This document shows, in pieces, positions 35,175 to 45,400 of a stretch of 64,000 nucleotides of DNA. A program made the position numbers and the translations under genes. This DNA is from Thermoanaerobaculia bacterium. Lineage in GTDB: Bacteria > Acidobacteriota > Thermoanaerobaculia > UBA5066. The stretch covers positions 8,424-72,423 of the forward strand of contig JBBRRY010000021.1 in NCBI GenBank assembly GCA_038245905.1. Direction: 5' to 3'. Position 1 is the stretch's first letter. Each line of letters begins with the position of its first letter. Under the pieces are notes generated by a model, which was not told where the DNA came from, ran no database searches, and saw only the letters and a list, made by a program, of their open reading frames with translations.

Positions 35175-37619
35175 TTAGTAGAGGAGGAAGGCGGCCCGCC
35201 GCTTCTCGAACTCCATCGCGCCGGCCGCCCACGCGGCCGTGATCTCGCCAGCCGTCTCGCCGCGCTGGAAGCGGGCGAGGGCGGCGTCGTTCACGAGGAG
35301 GCGCGGGAGGCGGTCGGACTTCCACTCCTTCGGGTGGAGGTCGCGGAGCGCCGTCGCGACGTGGAAGCCGAGGGAGACGGCGTTCAGCGCGTCGCGGTTC
35401 ACGACGGTGATGCGGACGCCTGAGCACGACTCGCCCTTGAAGACCGAGGAGGACGGCGTGAAGCGCACGGGCGTGAAGCGCACGCCCGGGATCCCGCGCG
35501 CGTTCAGCGTCGCCGCGATGCGGGGGCCGTCCATCCACGGGGCGCCGAACTGCTCGAACGGCGTGTCGGTGCCGCGGCCGACCGAGACGTTCGTCGTCTC
35601 GAGCAGGCCGACGCCTGGATAGAGCGCGGCTTCCGCCACGGAGCGGAGGTTCGGCGACGGGTTCACCCACGGCAGGCCCGTCTCGTCATACCAGAGGTCG
35701 CGGGAATAGCCCGCCATCTTGACGACCGTGAGGTCCGCGCCGAGCTTCTTCTCGGCGTTGAAGAGACCTGCGAGCTCGCCGATCGTCATACCGGTCCGGA
35801 TGGGGATTGGGTGATACGCGACGAACGTGAGCGCATCGGTATCGGCGGGCGGGCCTTCCATGACGTCCGCGCGGATCGGGTTCGGCCGATCGAGGACGAC
35901 GACCTTCACCTTCGCCTTCGCGGCGTCCTCGAGGACGTACCCGAGCGTCGTGAGGTACGTGTAGAAGCGGCAGCCCGCGTCCTGCAGGTCCACGACGACC
36001 GCGTCGAGGCCCGCGAGGTCGGAGGCAGACGGCCGCCGCGACTCGGGCGTGTCGCCGTAGAGAGAGCGCACGGAGAGGCCGGTCTTCTCGTCGACGGAGT
36101 CCGACACCTTCTCGTCCAGAGCGCCGCGAATTCCATGTTCAGGAGAGAAGAGCTTTGAAAGGGTCACACCCGCCGCCTTCGCCTTCTCCGAATTCAACAC
36201 GTCGATGGTGGACCTGCCGTCCCTCGTGAGCCCGGTGTGGTTCGTCAGGAGCGCGACGCGCATTCGCGCGATCACGCCGAAGGAGTTTTCTTCGAGTGTG
36301 TCGATCCCGGGGTGGACTTGCCCGAGGAGTCGCGCCGGAGCTCCCCCGCGCTCTTTCACATTCGAGGAAGGCGCCGAAGGCGCGCCCGTGCTCTTCGAAG
36401 CCGACGACGCGGTGCCGATGGCCGAAAGGAGCGCAGTCCCTTCCGAAGCCTTTCTAAGCTCTTCCGGAGTTCTATCCCTGATCGCGCTCGCGACGATCGT
36501 CGCGACCTTGCCGCGCAGCGCGACGACGTTGCCCGACTCGTCGGGGTGGTTCCGGTTCGTCAGGAGGATCACGAAGGTATCCGTCGCGGGGTCGAGCCAC
36601 ATGGACGTCCCCGTCCAGCCCGTGTGTCCGACCGAGCCGAGGGGGAAAAGGTCGCCGCGGTTCGAGGAGAACGAGCTCCCGACGTCCCAGCCGAGGCCGC
36701 GGAGGACGCCGTCGCCGTAGAAGCGCGGCCGCATCATTGACGCGACGCCCGCGGGCGAGAGGACGCCGCCGCCGCCCTTCAGCATCGCCGCGCAGAAGCG
36801 CGCGAGATCGTCGGCAGTCGAGAAGAGGCCCGCGTGCCCCGCGACGCCGCCGAGCGCGTAAGCGCGCGGGTCGTGCACCGCGCCGCGGCGGATCGTGCCG
36901 TTGATCTTCTCGGTGGGGGCGACGAGAGAGAGAGGAAGAGGAAGAGATTGCTTTGAAGGGGGAGAGAGAGGGAGGAAGGCGGTGTGCGTCATCCCGAGCG
37001 GCTCGAAGATCCGTTTCGCCGCGAATTCATCGAGAGGTAGTCCGGAGACACGCCGCACGAGCTCTCCGAGCACTTCGAACCCCACGTCCGAATACAGGAA
37101 ACGCGACCCGGGCGCCGCGGTGAGAGGCTGCCGGTATTTCCTTTCAAAGATTTCTTCTCTGGTCCCCATATACAAGGCCATCGGGTCGTCTGCGGCGAGG
37201 CCTGCCCGATGCGTCAGCAGCTCTTCGATCGTCACCTGATCCCGCGCGCCGCCACCGGACGCGAACTCGGGGATGTGCTTCGCGACGCGATCCTGGAGGC
37301 GGATCCTTCCCTCCTCGACGAGCATCATGACGCTCGTGGCCGTCGCGACGACCTTCGTGAGCGACGCCATGTCGAAAATCGTGTCGAGAGTCATCGGCTC
37401 GACCGCGGGCGCGAGGGCGCGGTTTCCGTACGCCTTGCGAAACACGACGGTGCCGCGGCGGCCGACGAGAACGACGGCGCCCGGGCACTCCTTGTTCCGG
37501 ATCGCGTCTTCGACGACCCGGTCGACGGCGTGCAGCCTGTCGGCGGACATTCCAGCGGCCGCGGGAGAGGCGAGCGCGAGCGCCGCCGCCTGGACGGCGG
37601 CGAGGAACACCGCCGTCAC
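35175..37619 (-). CDS. Fusion of a beta-lactamase-family serine hydrolase (AmiE-like) and a DUF1343 exo-beta-N-acetylmuramidase (NamZ-like)
   Basis: ASLTK (SxxK), LLTHRAG, VHDPRA and GHTGWTG; then TNHTG, FSPEHG, DLQDAGCRFYTY, LDRPNP, SPNL and SVGRGT. Confidence 0.92.
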   Translation of the reverse strand: MTAVFLAAVQAAALALASPAAAGMSADRLHAVDRVVEDAIRNKECPGAVVLVGRRGTVVFRKAYGNRALAPAVEPMTLDTIFDMASLTKVVATATSVMMLVEEGRIRLQDRVAKHIPEFASGGGARDQVTIEELLTHRAGLAADDPMALYMGTREEIFERKYRQPLTAAPGSRFLYSDVGFEVLGELVRRVSGLPLDEFAAKRIFEPLGMTHTAFLPLSPPSKQSLPLPLSLVAPTEKINGTIRRGAVHDPRAYALGGVAGHAGLFSTADDLARFCAAMLKGGGGVLSPAGVASMMRPRFYGDGVLRGLGWDVGSSFSSNRGDLFPLGSVGHTGWTGTSMWLDPATDTFVILLTNRNHPDESGNVVALRGKVATIVASAIRDRTPEELRKASEGTALLSAIGTASSASKSTGAPSAPSSNVKERGGAPARLLGQVHPGIDTLEENSFGVIARMRVALLTNHTGLTRDGRSTIDVLNSEKAKAAGVTLSKLFSPEHGIRGALDEKVSDSVDEKTGLSVRSLYGDTPESRRPSASDLAGLDAVVVDLQDAGCRFYTYLTTLGYVLEDAAKAKVKVVVLDRPNPIRADVMEGPPADTDALTFVAYHPIPIRTGMTIGELAGLFNAEKKLGADLTVVKMAGYSRDLWYDETGLPWVNPSPNLRSVAEAALYPGVGLLETTNVSVGRGTDTPFEQFGAPWMDGPRIAATLNARGIPGVRFTPVRFTPSSSVFKGESCSGVRITVVNRDALNAVSLGFHVATALRDLHPKEWKSDRLPRLLVNDAALARFQRGETAGEITAAWAAGAMEFEKRRAAFLLY

Positions 37620-39409
37620 GGCCGTTCCGCCGGTTCCGCCGCGACGATCGCACGCAGCTCCTCTCCCGTGCGGTAGACGCCGCCGCGGACGACGCCCTTG
37701 ACCGAGCGGACGTTCGCAATGGTCGCCGAGGGATCCTTCGCGAAGACGACGAGATCGGCGAGCTTGCCCTTCTCGACGGTCCCGATCTCCTTGTCCCGCG
37801 AAAGCGCGCGGCTGCCGCCTTTCGTCGCGGCGACGAGGACCTCCATCGGCGTCATTCCCGCCGCTTGCATGGCTTCCATCTCGGCATATACGGACGGGCC
37901 GTGGAGCGTTCCCGGATTGCCGGCGTCCGTCCCCATCGCGATTGGAATGCCGGCGTCCCGTACCCGTTTGAGATTCGCGAGGCCGACGGCGTTCCGCTCG
38001 GCCGTTCGGACCTCGCGGTCACGGACCTTCGACGCGACGCTGGCCGCATCGATCTCCGGAGTCGCGGCGAGGCGCGCGCGCGTCGCCGGGTCGACACAAC
38101 CATTCGGGTCGTCGAACGCCAGGGCCGTGCCCGCCGCTGCGGCCTTCGCGAGCGCGACGTAACCGTCGATCACGACGAGCGTTGGGTTGTAGATCGCGCC
38201 ACTCTTTTTCAGGAGGACGAGGAATTCGTCGTCGACGGGCGTGTCCGAGACGCCGTGGACGAGGAGCGAGGCCCCCGCCCGGAGAGCGACCTTCGCCTCC
38301 GCGAGGCCGGTCGCGTGGACGATGAGCGGCAGACTCTGTTTCTTCGCCTCGGCACCGGCCGCGAGGACGGCCGCCTCGGACGCCTCGACAGGACGGTCGG
38401 GAGTGACGACGTACCAGACTTTGACGGCTTGTGCGCCCCGCGACGCCAGGTACGAGACGCTCGTCTTCGCGGCCTCCGCGTCCTTGAGGAAGATGAACTG
38501 CCTCTCGCCCGGGAGATTCAGCCAGAAGTCGATCGTCGAGAGAAGCGGCCCGGCGGCGCGGACGCGCGGCGCGAGCGTGTCGTTCTCCGCTCGGGCCGGA
38601 AGGTCCAGCGACCACGCGTAACCGCCCACGTCGAAGACGCTCGTGACGCCGGAACAGACGTAGGACCGGAAGAAGCGCTCGGGCCGCGTGCGGAGGTCCT
38701 TCTGAACGTCTTCGTAGGGGTGCTTCGCGCGCACGTCGAAGGCGTCTGGCCGCCCGTCAGCCCAACCGGTCTGGGCGAAGTGGACGTGCGCGTCGACGAG
38801 TCCGGGCGTGAGAAACGCACCCGTCAGATCCGTTCGCGCGACACCGGCCGGAACGGGGCAGGCCGCGCGCGATCCCGCGCAATCGATCTTTCCGCCGCGC
38901 ACGAGGACGACGGCGTCCTTCACGGGAGGGCCGCCGTTGCCATCTAGCAGCGTCGCGCCCGTGAAGGCGCGAGGCGGCGGCGGCGTGCCGGGCGGAGCTT
39001 CGAAGGCGGATGTGACGGTGATCTTCCAGCCCTTCGGCGTCTTCACGAAGAGCCGCTCCGAGATGCCGGCGTGCTCGTCTCCGCCGTAGCGCACGCGATA
39101 GCGGTACGTTCCGTACACGATCCCGTCCCGTACGGGAACCAGCTGGAGGTCGGCTGCCTCGAGGGTGTCGGGCCACTTCGCCCCCGCCTGCTTCTCGAAA
39201 TCCGTGAACCCGAGGACCTGGCCTTCCGGCGAGGTGCGCACGAGCCGCTCCGAGTCGAGGTAGCAGGCGAGGTAGGCCGCCTTGTCATGCGCGTGAATGG
39301 CGGCGAGATTGCGCTCAAAAAGCGCCCGCGCCTCGTCGAGGTCGGAGGCGAACGCGGCTGAAGACAAGAGGACGAGCGCGGCGAGCGCGAGCGAACGAAG
39401 GGGCTTCAT
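37616..39409 (-). CDS. Secreted amidohydrolase with an N-terminal NTF2/SnoaL-like domain
   Basis: PGLVDAHVH, IVHAT, VHG, MGTDAGN and GKLADLV motifs; N-terminal domain ending KTPKGWKI. Confidence 0.88.
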   Translation of the reverse strand: MKPLRSLALAALVLLSSAAFASDLDEARALFERNLAAIHAHDKAAYLACYLDSERLVRTSPEGQVLGFTDFEKQAGAKWPDTLEAADLQLVPVRDGIVYGTYRYRVRYGGDEHAGISERLFVKTPKGWKITVTSAFEAPPGTPPPPRAFTGATLLDGNGGPPVKDAVVLVRGGKIDCAGSRAACPVPAGVARTDLTGAFLTPGLVDAHVHFAQTGWADGRPDAFDVRAKHPYEDVQKDLRTRPERFFRSYVCSGVTSVFDVGGYAWSLDLPARAENDTLAPRVRAAGPLLSTIDFWLNLPGERQFIFLKDAEAAKTSVSYLASRGAQAVKVWYVVTPDRPVEASEAAVLAAGAEAKKQSLPLIVHATGLAEAKVALRAGASLLVHGVSDTPVDDEFLVLLKKSGAIYNPTLVVIDGYVALAKAAAAGTALAFDDPNGCVDPATRARLAATPEIDAASVASKVRDREVRTAERNAVGLANLKRVRDAGIPIAMGTDAGNPGTLHGPSVYAEMEAMQAAGMTPMEVLVAATKGGSRALSRDKEIGTVEKGKLADLVVFAKDPSATIANVRSVKGVVRGGVYRTGEELRAIVAAEPAERP

Positions 39410-39522
39410 GGAAGGGATTATTCCGCGACGTCCCACTTCGCCGCCAGCAGCGCCTTACGAGCCTCCCGAGGTCCGGCTCCGATCGAGGTCAAAAAACCAG
39501 ATCGTCGACTGCCCGGAAGCCT

Positions 39523-40089
39523 TCAGCGCGAAACCACGTGCGACAGGTTTGCGCTGTGGATCTTGTCCGCGGTCGAACGTGCCGCCCGGAGAAGCTGCGC
39601 CGAGCGATCGGGAACCGGCGTGGGCGTGGATGTGGACGTTTGCGCGTGGGCGGCCGACGAGTTGACGGTGTTCGAAACGGCTCTCCACCCTTCCTTGTCC
39701 TTGTTGATAGCTTTCACGCCGTCCATGATCGCTTTCAGATCCTCCTGGGCACTTTTCGCCGCTTCCATCATGACGATGAAGCAGAGCGCCATAATGTCCC
39801 CGTCTCCCGTCGCCCCGAGATTCGGATAGGTGACGCCCGCTCCCCCGGCGGTTCGAACGCGCCGCGTCACGAACCGCGCCCGCACCGACTGCTCCAACGC
39901 GGCGACGTCGACCGGTCCCCGCGCGCTCGCCAGCGCGCGCCCCTGATCCTTCACCCAGGAGAGGACCTGCGGTGACGCCTGCGCCCGCAGCGCGTCCGCC
40001 CGAGCGGCGAGGTCGGCGGGGATCTCCGCGGCGGACACGGAGAAGGCCGCGACGAGAACCGCCGGGAGTAATACGGACGGAAGCTTCAT
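39523..40089 (-). CDS. Secreted hypothetical helical protein
   Basis: GAGGAG RBS; TAAGAT -10; signal peptide; DIMALCFIVMMEAAKSAQEDLKAIMDGVKAINK segment. Confidence 0.75.
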   Translation of the reverse strand: MKLPSVLLPAVLVAAFSVSAAEIPADLAARADALRAQASPQVLSWVKDQGRALASARGPVDVAALEQSVRARFVTRRVRTAGGAGVTYPNLGATGDGDIMALCFIVMMEAAKSAQEDLKAIMDGVKAINKDKEGWRAVSNTVNSSAAHAQTSTSTPTPVPDRSAQLLRAARSTADKIHSANLSHVVSR

Positions 40090-40135
40090 GGATCTCCTCA
40101 CCGTCGGAGGGATCTTATCGCCTTCCTCGGCCGGC

Positions 40136-40265
40136 CTACACCCAGCGGAGACGCTTGACTGTCCGCACGAATGACAACACCGCCCAAGCGCTCAGGATGA
40201 CGAGTCCCGCGCCGTGGCCGGCGAGCGCCGGTGCTATTTCGTGGAGGCGGGCGCCACGGATGAGG
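40136..40265 (-). pseudogene. Possible 3' remnant of an ABC-2 permease gene
   Basis: Reads ...GARLHEIAPALAGHGAGLVILSAWAVLSFVRTVKRLRWV*, resembling ABC-2 permease C-termini; no start codon. Confidence 0.45.
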
Positions 40266-42075
40266 CTCTTGCGATTCCGTCCCCTCGCTTCGCGAGACCC
40301 GGGATCGTGATCGGAAGGTGGCCGCCGATCGCCGTTTCCCCGAAGAGCGCCTGCACGGCGGCCGCCTGGCTGACATCCTGGCCGCCCCACGCGCAGAGGT
40401 ACGTCGGGAGGTCGGGGAAATCGCGCAGCAGGTAGGGGCTCCCGAACGAGACCGTGACGACGGGCTTGCCGAGTAGGAGGAGCTGCGGCAGCGCGTTGCG
40501 GCCCGGCTCGGGCACGGTGATCTTCCCCTGTCCCGAGCGAGTCCTCACGAACAGCGACACGAGAACCACGTCGGCGTTCCTCGCGGCCTCGACGGCGGCC
40601 TTCGTCTCCTCGGGCGTCGAGCGGGGGTCGAGACGAACGGTTTTCACGGAAGAGGCGCGTGTCTTGAGATCGGCCGCGAGGGGCCCGGTCGGGCCGTTCA
40701 GGGACGCCTCGTCGGAGATGACGAAGGAGAGCAGCTTCGCGCCCTTCTGGAGCGGCAGCACACCCTTCTCCTCGCGGACGAGAGTGAGCGAACGCCTCGC
40801 GATCTCGGCCTCAAGCGCCTGGACGGCCGGCGTGTCGACGACTCTCGCGAGACTGCCGACGAAAGGAATCCGGTCCTCGTAGAGCTTCAGGTTCTTCTTC
40901 CAGTCGAGGATCCGCGTCACCGACTCGTCGAGGCGCGCCTCGGTGATCCGGCCCGACTTGACGGCTTCCTTGACGGCCGCGATCGCGGCGTCCGTGTCGG
41001 CCGATACCAGGATCTGATCCGATCCCGCGAGAATCGCACGCACGGCGGCTTCGCCGGCCGTGAAGTGAGACGTGATGCCGCCCATCGCCATAGAGTCGGT
41101 CACGACGAGGCCCTTGAAACCCAGCTCTTTCCGAAGGACCCCCGTCACCGTCGGCTCCGAGAGCGTGGTCGGCGTCGTCCCCTTCGTCTCCAGCTCGGGG
41201 ACTCCGTCCGCTCCAGCCTCGCCCTTCGTCTTCGGGAGCGGCGGCGCGGGTGTGTCGTCGAGCGCAGGGATGGAGAGATGCGCCACCATGACGGAACCGG
41301 CGCCCGCTTTCAGGCCTGCGCGGAAGGGCACGAGCTCGACGGATTGGAGCCTCTCCTTCGTGACGGCGAGGACGGGCAGCGCGAGATGCGAGTCGACAGC
41401 CGTGTCCCCGTGGCCGGGAAAATGCTTGAGGGTCGCGAGGACGCCGCCCTCCTGGAGCCCCTTCACCGTGGCTTCGACGAAGCGCGACACGTCTGCGGGG
41501 TCCTCGCCGAAGCTCCGCACGTTGATGACGGGGTTGTCGGGGTTCACGTTCACGTCGGCGACGGGCGCGAACACCTGCCCGATGCCGATCGCCCGGGCCT
41601 CGCGGGCCGTCGCGAACGCTCGCCTCTCGGCGAGCGCCGGATCGCCGGCCGCGGCGATCGCCATCGCCCAGGGACCGTACGTGACGTCGTCGAAACGCAT
41701 CCCAAGTCCGGCCTCGAGGTCGGCCGACACGAGGAGGGGCACGCGCGCGAATTCCTGGAGCTTCCCGACGAGGACCGCGGCCTCGTAGACATTCGACCGG
41801 AACAGGATGACGCCGCCGACGCGGTTGTCGACGACGTGGTGGCGCAATGTCCGAAATTCCTTCGACTCCTCGCTCATGTAGATGCCGCGGGCCGGCACGA
41901 CGAAGAGCTGGCCGATCTTTTCGTCGAGCGGGATTGAAATCGCGCGCGGAGCGTCCGCCGTGAGCTGGCCGAAGTCGATGGTCACGGGAGGAAACGGGTT
42001 GCCGCCGCTGCAGGACGCGAAGAGGGCGGACGCGGCGAGAACGGCGGTCAGGCGGAGAGTCTTGAGTTGCATCAT
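40234..42075 (-). CDS. nagZ: GH3 beta-N-acetylglucosaminidase, lipoprotein
   Basis: NagZ signature KHFPGHGDTAVDSH; NVRSFGED; VTDSM; lipobox FASC. Confidence 0.92.
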   Translation of the reverse strand: MMQLKTLRLTAVLAASALFASCSGGNPFPPVTIDFGQLTADAPRAISIPLDEKIGQLFVVPARGIYMSEESKEFRTLRHHVVDNRVGGVILFRSNVYEAAVLVGKLQEFARVPLLVSADLEAGLGMRFDDVTYGPWAMAIAAAGDPALAERRAFATAREARAIGIGQVFAPVADVNVNPDNPVINVRSFGEDPADVSRFVEATVKGLQEGGVLATLKHFPGHGDTAVDSHLALPVLAVTKERLQSVELVPFRAGLKAGAGSVMVAHLSIPALDDTPAPPLPKTKGEAGADGVPELETKGTTPTTLSEPTVTGVLRKELGFKGLVVTDSMAMGGITSHFTAGEAAVRAILAGSDQILVSADTDAAIAAVKEAVKSGRITEARLDESVTRILDWKKNLKLYEDRIPFVGSLARVVDTPAVQALEAEIARRSLTLVREEKGVLPLQKGAKLLSFVISDEASLNGPTGPLAADLKTRASSVKTVRLDPRSTPEETKAAVEAARNADVVLVSLFVRTRSGQGKITVPEPGRNALPQLLLLGKPVVTVSFGSPYLLRDFPDLPTYLCAWGGQDVSQAAAVQALFGETAIGGHLPITIPGLAKRGDGIARASSVAPASTK

Positions 42076-43373
42076 GTTGTTTCGTCCCGGAACAGGTCCT
42101 CGAAGGTCCCGCGGCGGCGGATGAGCGTCGCCGTATCGCCGTCGACGAGCACCTCGGCAGGAAGGGGCCGGGCGTTGTACGTCGACGCCATCGCGAACCC
42201 GTAGGCGCCCGCGTCGAGAAAGACGACGAAGTTGCCGGGTTGTGGCCGGGGAAGGTGGCGCTCGGCGGCGAGGATGTCACCGGTCTCGCACACGTCGCCC
42301 GCAACGTCGAGGATCTCGGGCGTTCCGGAGGCGCCCACGACGCGCGCGCGGTGGTGCGCGGCATACATCGCGGGGCGCAGGAGCGTGTTCGATCCCGCGT
42401 TCACGTTCACGAAGGTCTTGACGGTGGTCGTCTTGACGGAATTCACGCGCGTCACGAGGAATCCCGAAGGGGCGACGAAGAAGCGGCCCGGCTCGAGCCA
42501 GAGGGCCGGCGTGTCCCCGCCGAGAGCGGACATCGCCTCGTTCCAGACCGGCGCGAGCGCGGCGGCGAGGACCGCGGGGGCGAGCCCCTCCTCGCCATCG
42601 TGGTACGGCACGGCCAGCCCGCCGCCGAGGTCGACGAATTCGAGCGAGAGGCCGAGGTCCCGTTTCAGCTCCACGACGAAGCCGAGCATCTTTCGCGCCG
42701 TCGCAACGTAGCCGTCCGTCTCCATGATCTGGGATCCGATGTGGCAGTGAATGCCCGTGATCGCGACCGAAGGGAGCTCTTTGGCGCGGTCGTAAGCCGC
42801 GCGCGCGAGGCCGCCGTCGAGATGGAGGCCGAACTTCGCCTCAGGGATTCCCGTGTTGATGTGGTGAAGGGTGTGGGGGTCGACGCCGGGGTTGATGCGG
42901 AACGAGATGCGCGCGCGTTTTCCCGCCGCCGCAGCGGAGGCGGCCGCCTGCTCGAGCTCGTCGCGCGAGTCGACGTTCAGGACCGCGTCGATCTCAACCG
43001 CCTTCGCGATCTCGTCGGGTCCCTTCGAAGAGCTCGTGAAGAGAACCTCGTCGCCTCGCCATCCCGCGCGGAGCGCCGTCTCGATCTCGCCCAGCGAGAC
43101 GACTTCAGGCGCCGCGCCCTCGCCGCGCAGCACCCTGAGAAGCGCCCCGTTCCCGTTGGCCTTGAGGGCGTAATGAACGCGCAGCTTCGGGAAGCGGGAC
43201 GCGAACGCCGCGTGCAGGGAACGAAACTGGGAAACGATCGTCGCGCGGTCGTAGACGTAGAGCGGGGTTCCGAATTCGGACGCGAGACGCGAAACGGCGC
43301 CCCGGGCGGCGGGCTCGTGGGCGCGGTCGGCGCGCAGGGCCTCGAGGCCGTCGTGGAGAGTCTGAGAGCTCAT
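42072..43373 (-). CDS. lysA: Diaminopimelate decarboxylase
   Basis: GTPLYVYD, YALKAN (PLP Lys), HCHIGSQ, EPGR, CETGD and GAYG motifs. Confidence 0.95.
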   Translation of the reverse strand: MSSQTLHDGLEALRADRAHEPAARGAVSRLASEFGTPLYVYDRATIVSQFRSLHAAFASRFPKLRVHYALKANGNGALLRVLRGEGAAPEVVSLGEIETALRAGWRGDEVLFTSSSKGPDEIAKAVEIDAVLNVDSRDELEQAAASAAAAGKRARISFRINPGVDPHTLHHINTGIPEAKFGLHLDGGLARAAYDRAKELPSVAITGIHCHIGSQIMETDGYVATARKMLGFVVELKRDLGLSLEFVDLGGGLAVPYHDGEEGLAPAVLAAALAPVWNEAMSALGGDTPALWLEPGRFFVAPSGFLVTRVNSVKTTTVKTFVNVNAGSNTLLRPAMYAAHHRARVVGASGTPEILDVAGDVCETGDILAAERHLPRPQPGNFVVFLDAGAYGFAMASTYNARPLPAEVLVDGDTATLIRRRGTFEDLFRDETT

Positions 43374-43413
43374 GAGGGCGCGATTCTGCCAGCTTCAGGG
43401 TACGATCACCCTG

Positions 43414-43752
43414 ATGCACGTCGAAGTCCGTAAAGCCAAGGACGTCGTGATCGTCGATCTCCAGGGGAAGCTTCTCGCGGGAGTCGGCGACGAGATCCTC
43501 CGCAACGTCGTAAACGAGCTCCTCGCCGAGGGGTGGAAGAAGATCCTCCTCAACCTCTCCGAGGTGACGGCCATCGACAGCGCGGGCACGGGCGAGCTCG
43601 TGGCGAGTCTGAAGATCACCGAGCGCTTCGGCGCGAAACTGAAGCTCCTGAACCTGCACGAGCGTGTCCGCAAGAGCCTGCACCTTTCCGATCTCCTTCC
43701 CGTCTTCGAGGTCTACGACGAGGAGAGCGTGGCCCTCCAGCACTACGCTTAG
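43414..43752 (+). CDS. STAS-domain anti-sigma factor antagonist
   Basis: ILLNLSEVTAIDSAGTGELV with the conserved phosphorylatable Ser. Confidence 0.92.
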   Translation: MHVEVRKAKDVVIVDLQGKLLAGVGDEILRNVVNELLAEGWKKILLNLSEVTAIDSAGTGELVASLKITERFGAKLKLLNLHERVRKSLHLSDLLPVFEVYDEESVALQHYA

Positions 43753-43761
43753 GGAGGGGTC

Positions 43762-45358
43762 ATGGTCTCGTTGCTCGTTGCCGCGGCGCTCGCCGCGGCC
43801 CCATGGCCGAGCGTCGCGCTGACCCGAGTCGCGGGCGGCTTCTCGAGCCCGACACAGATCACGAGCGCGCGCGACGGCTCGGGCCGCCTGTTCGTCGTCG
43901 AGCAGGGCGGCCTCGTGAAGATCGTGAAGGACGGCGACCCGGACGTCGCGAGCTTGTTCGATGAACAGGTCCTCCTGAAGATTCCGCAGCCGTTCGCGAA
44001 CCACAACGGAGGCCAGCTCGCGTTCGGGCCCGACGGGTTCTTATACGTGGGCATGGGCGACGGAGGGAGCGCGGGCGACCCCTCGAACAACGGTCAGAGT
44101 CTCGGAACTCTTCTTGGAAAGATTCTTAGAATAGATGTGCGGGGCTCGGCCTCGCCGTATGGCATCCCGCCGGGCAACCCTTTCGCCGGCTCTTCGTCTT
44201 CGCGCCGCGAGATCTGGGCCTACGGCCTGCGCAATCCGTGGCGGTTCTCGTTCGACCGCAAGACGGGGAACCTCTTCATCGGCGACGTCGGGCAGGGCGC
44301 GTGGGAAGAAGTCGACTTCCAGCCTGCGGCGGCTCCCGGCGGTGCGAACTGCGGCTGGCGCGTCACCGAGGGTGCGCACTGCTACAACCCGGCGACGGGC
44401 TGCAGCTTCGCGGGCATCACGCTTCCCGTGGCCGAGTACGGGCACGGCGGCGGCAACTGCTCGATCACGGGCGGCTTCGTCTATCGCGGGCGCGACTTCG
44501 CGCGCCTCGGGCACGTTGTACCGCCTCGTGGATGCCGACGGACCGCTGTCCGTCCTGACGGTGCCCGTCGTCGTGGACGTCGCGGGTGTGAACGGCGCGC
44601 GCTTCGTCTCGGAGCTCACTCTCGGGAACCGCGGAACGACGGACGCGTCCGTAGACCTGACGTTCACGGCATCCGTGGCGCTCGGCTCGACGGGCAGCGG
44701 CACGTTCACGACGGCGGTACCGGCGGGACGACAGCTCGTCTTTCCGGACGTGATCCAGTGGCTGCGTGACCATGGCCTCCCCGTTCCGCCGGGCAACCAG
44801 GGTGGGACGTTGCGGCTCGCGTACTCCGGGCTGTCGTTCGGCGACGCCGCGTTCGCGTCCGTGCGGACGCTCGCGAAGGGGGGTGCGGCGGAGTTCCACG
44901 CGAGCGCCCGCACCTCCTCCTCCACACCCGTGGGCGGGACGTTCGGCGTCGCGTATCCGGCGATCCGGCCGTCCGCGGCCGCGCTGTCGGAGGCGTGGGT
45001 CTTCGGCCTGAAACAGGACGGTTCGGCGCGCTCCAACCTCGCGCTGACGAACACGGTTCCGCCGCCGTCGGGATCTCCCCCAACTCCGTCGCCCGTCGAG
45101 CTCTCCGTGGAGTTCTTCGACGGCGATACCGGTCTTTCAGCCGGATTTCAAACCGTTTCCGTGGACGCGTTCTATCCCCGATGGATTCAGCTCAATTCCC
45201 CCCTCACCGCCAGGGGCATCCGGACGGGATACGTACGCGTACGGGCTCCGGCGGGCAACGTCGTTCCGTTCATCGTCTACGGCGTGGTCAATGACGGCGC
45301 TTCGCCGGGGCAGGGGACGGGCGACGGGAGCTATCTCGGGATGAGCGGGGTGAAGTAG
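43762..45358 (+). pseudogene. PQQ-dependent sugar dehydrogenase (sGDH family) fused to a C-terminal domain; internally deleted and frameshifted
   Basis: NHNGG, GDGG, GKILRID and YGLRNPWRFSFD in one frame; frame switches near 44505-44512 (DFARL to SGTLYRLVD); the region between VKDG and DPDVA looks shortened. Confidence 0.75.
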
Positions 45359-45400
45359 TCGCGGAACCCCGCGGGGCCCGGAAGCGTAGACTTCCACGAA

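Noticed and set aside
44500-44515. Programmed frameshift in the dehydrogenase gene
   Set aside because: No slippery sequence, and conserved sequence is missing at the junction, which fits a deletion better
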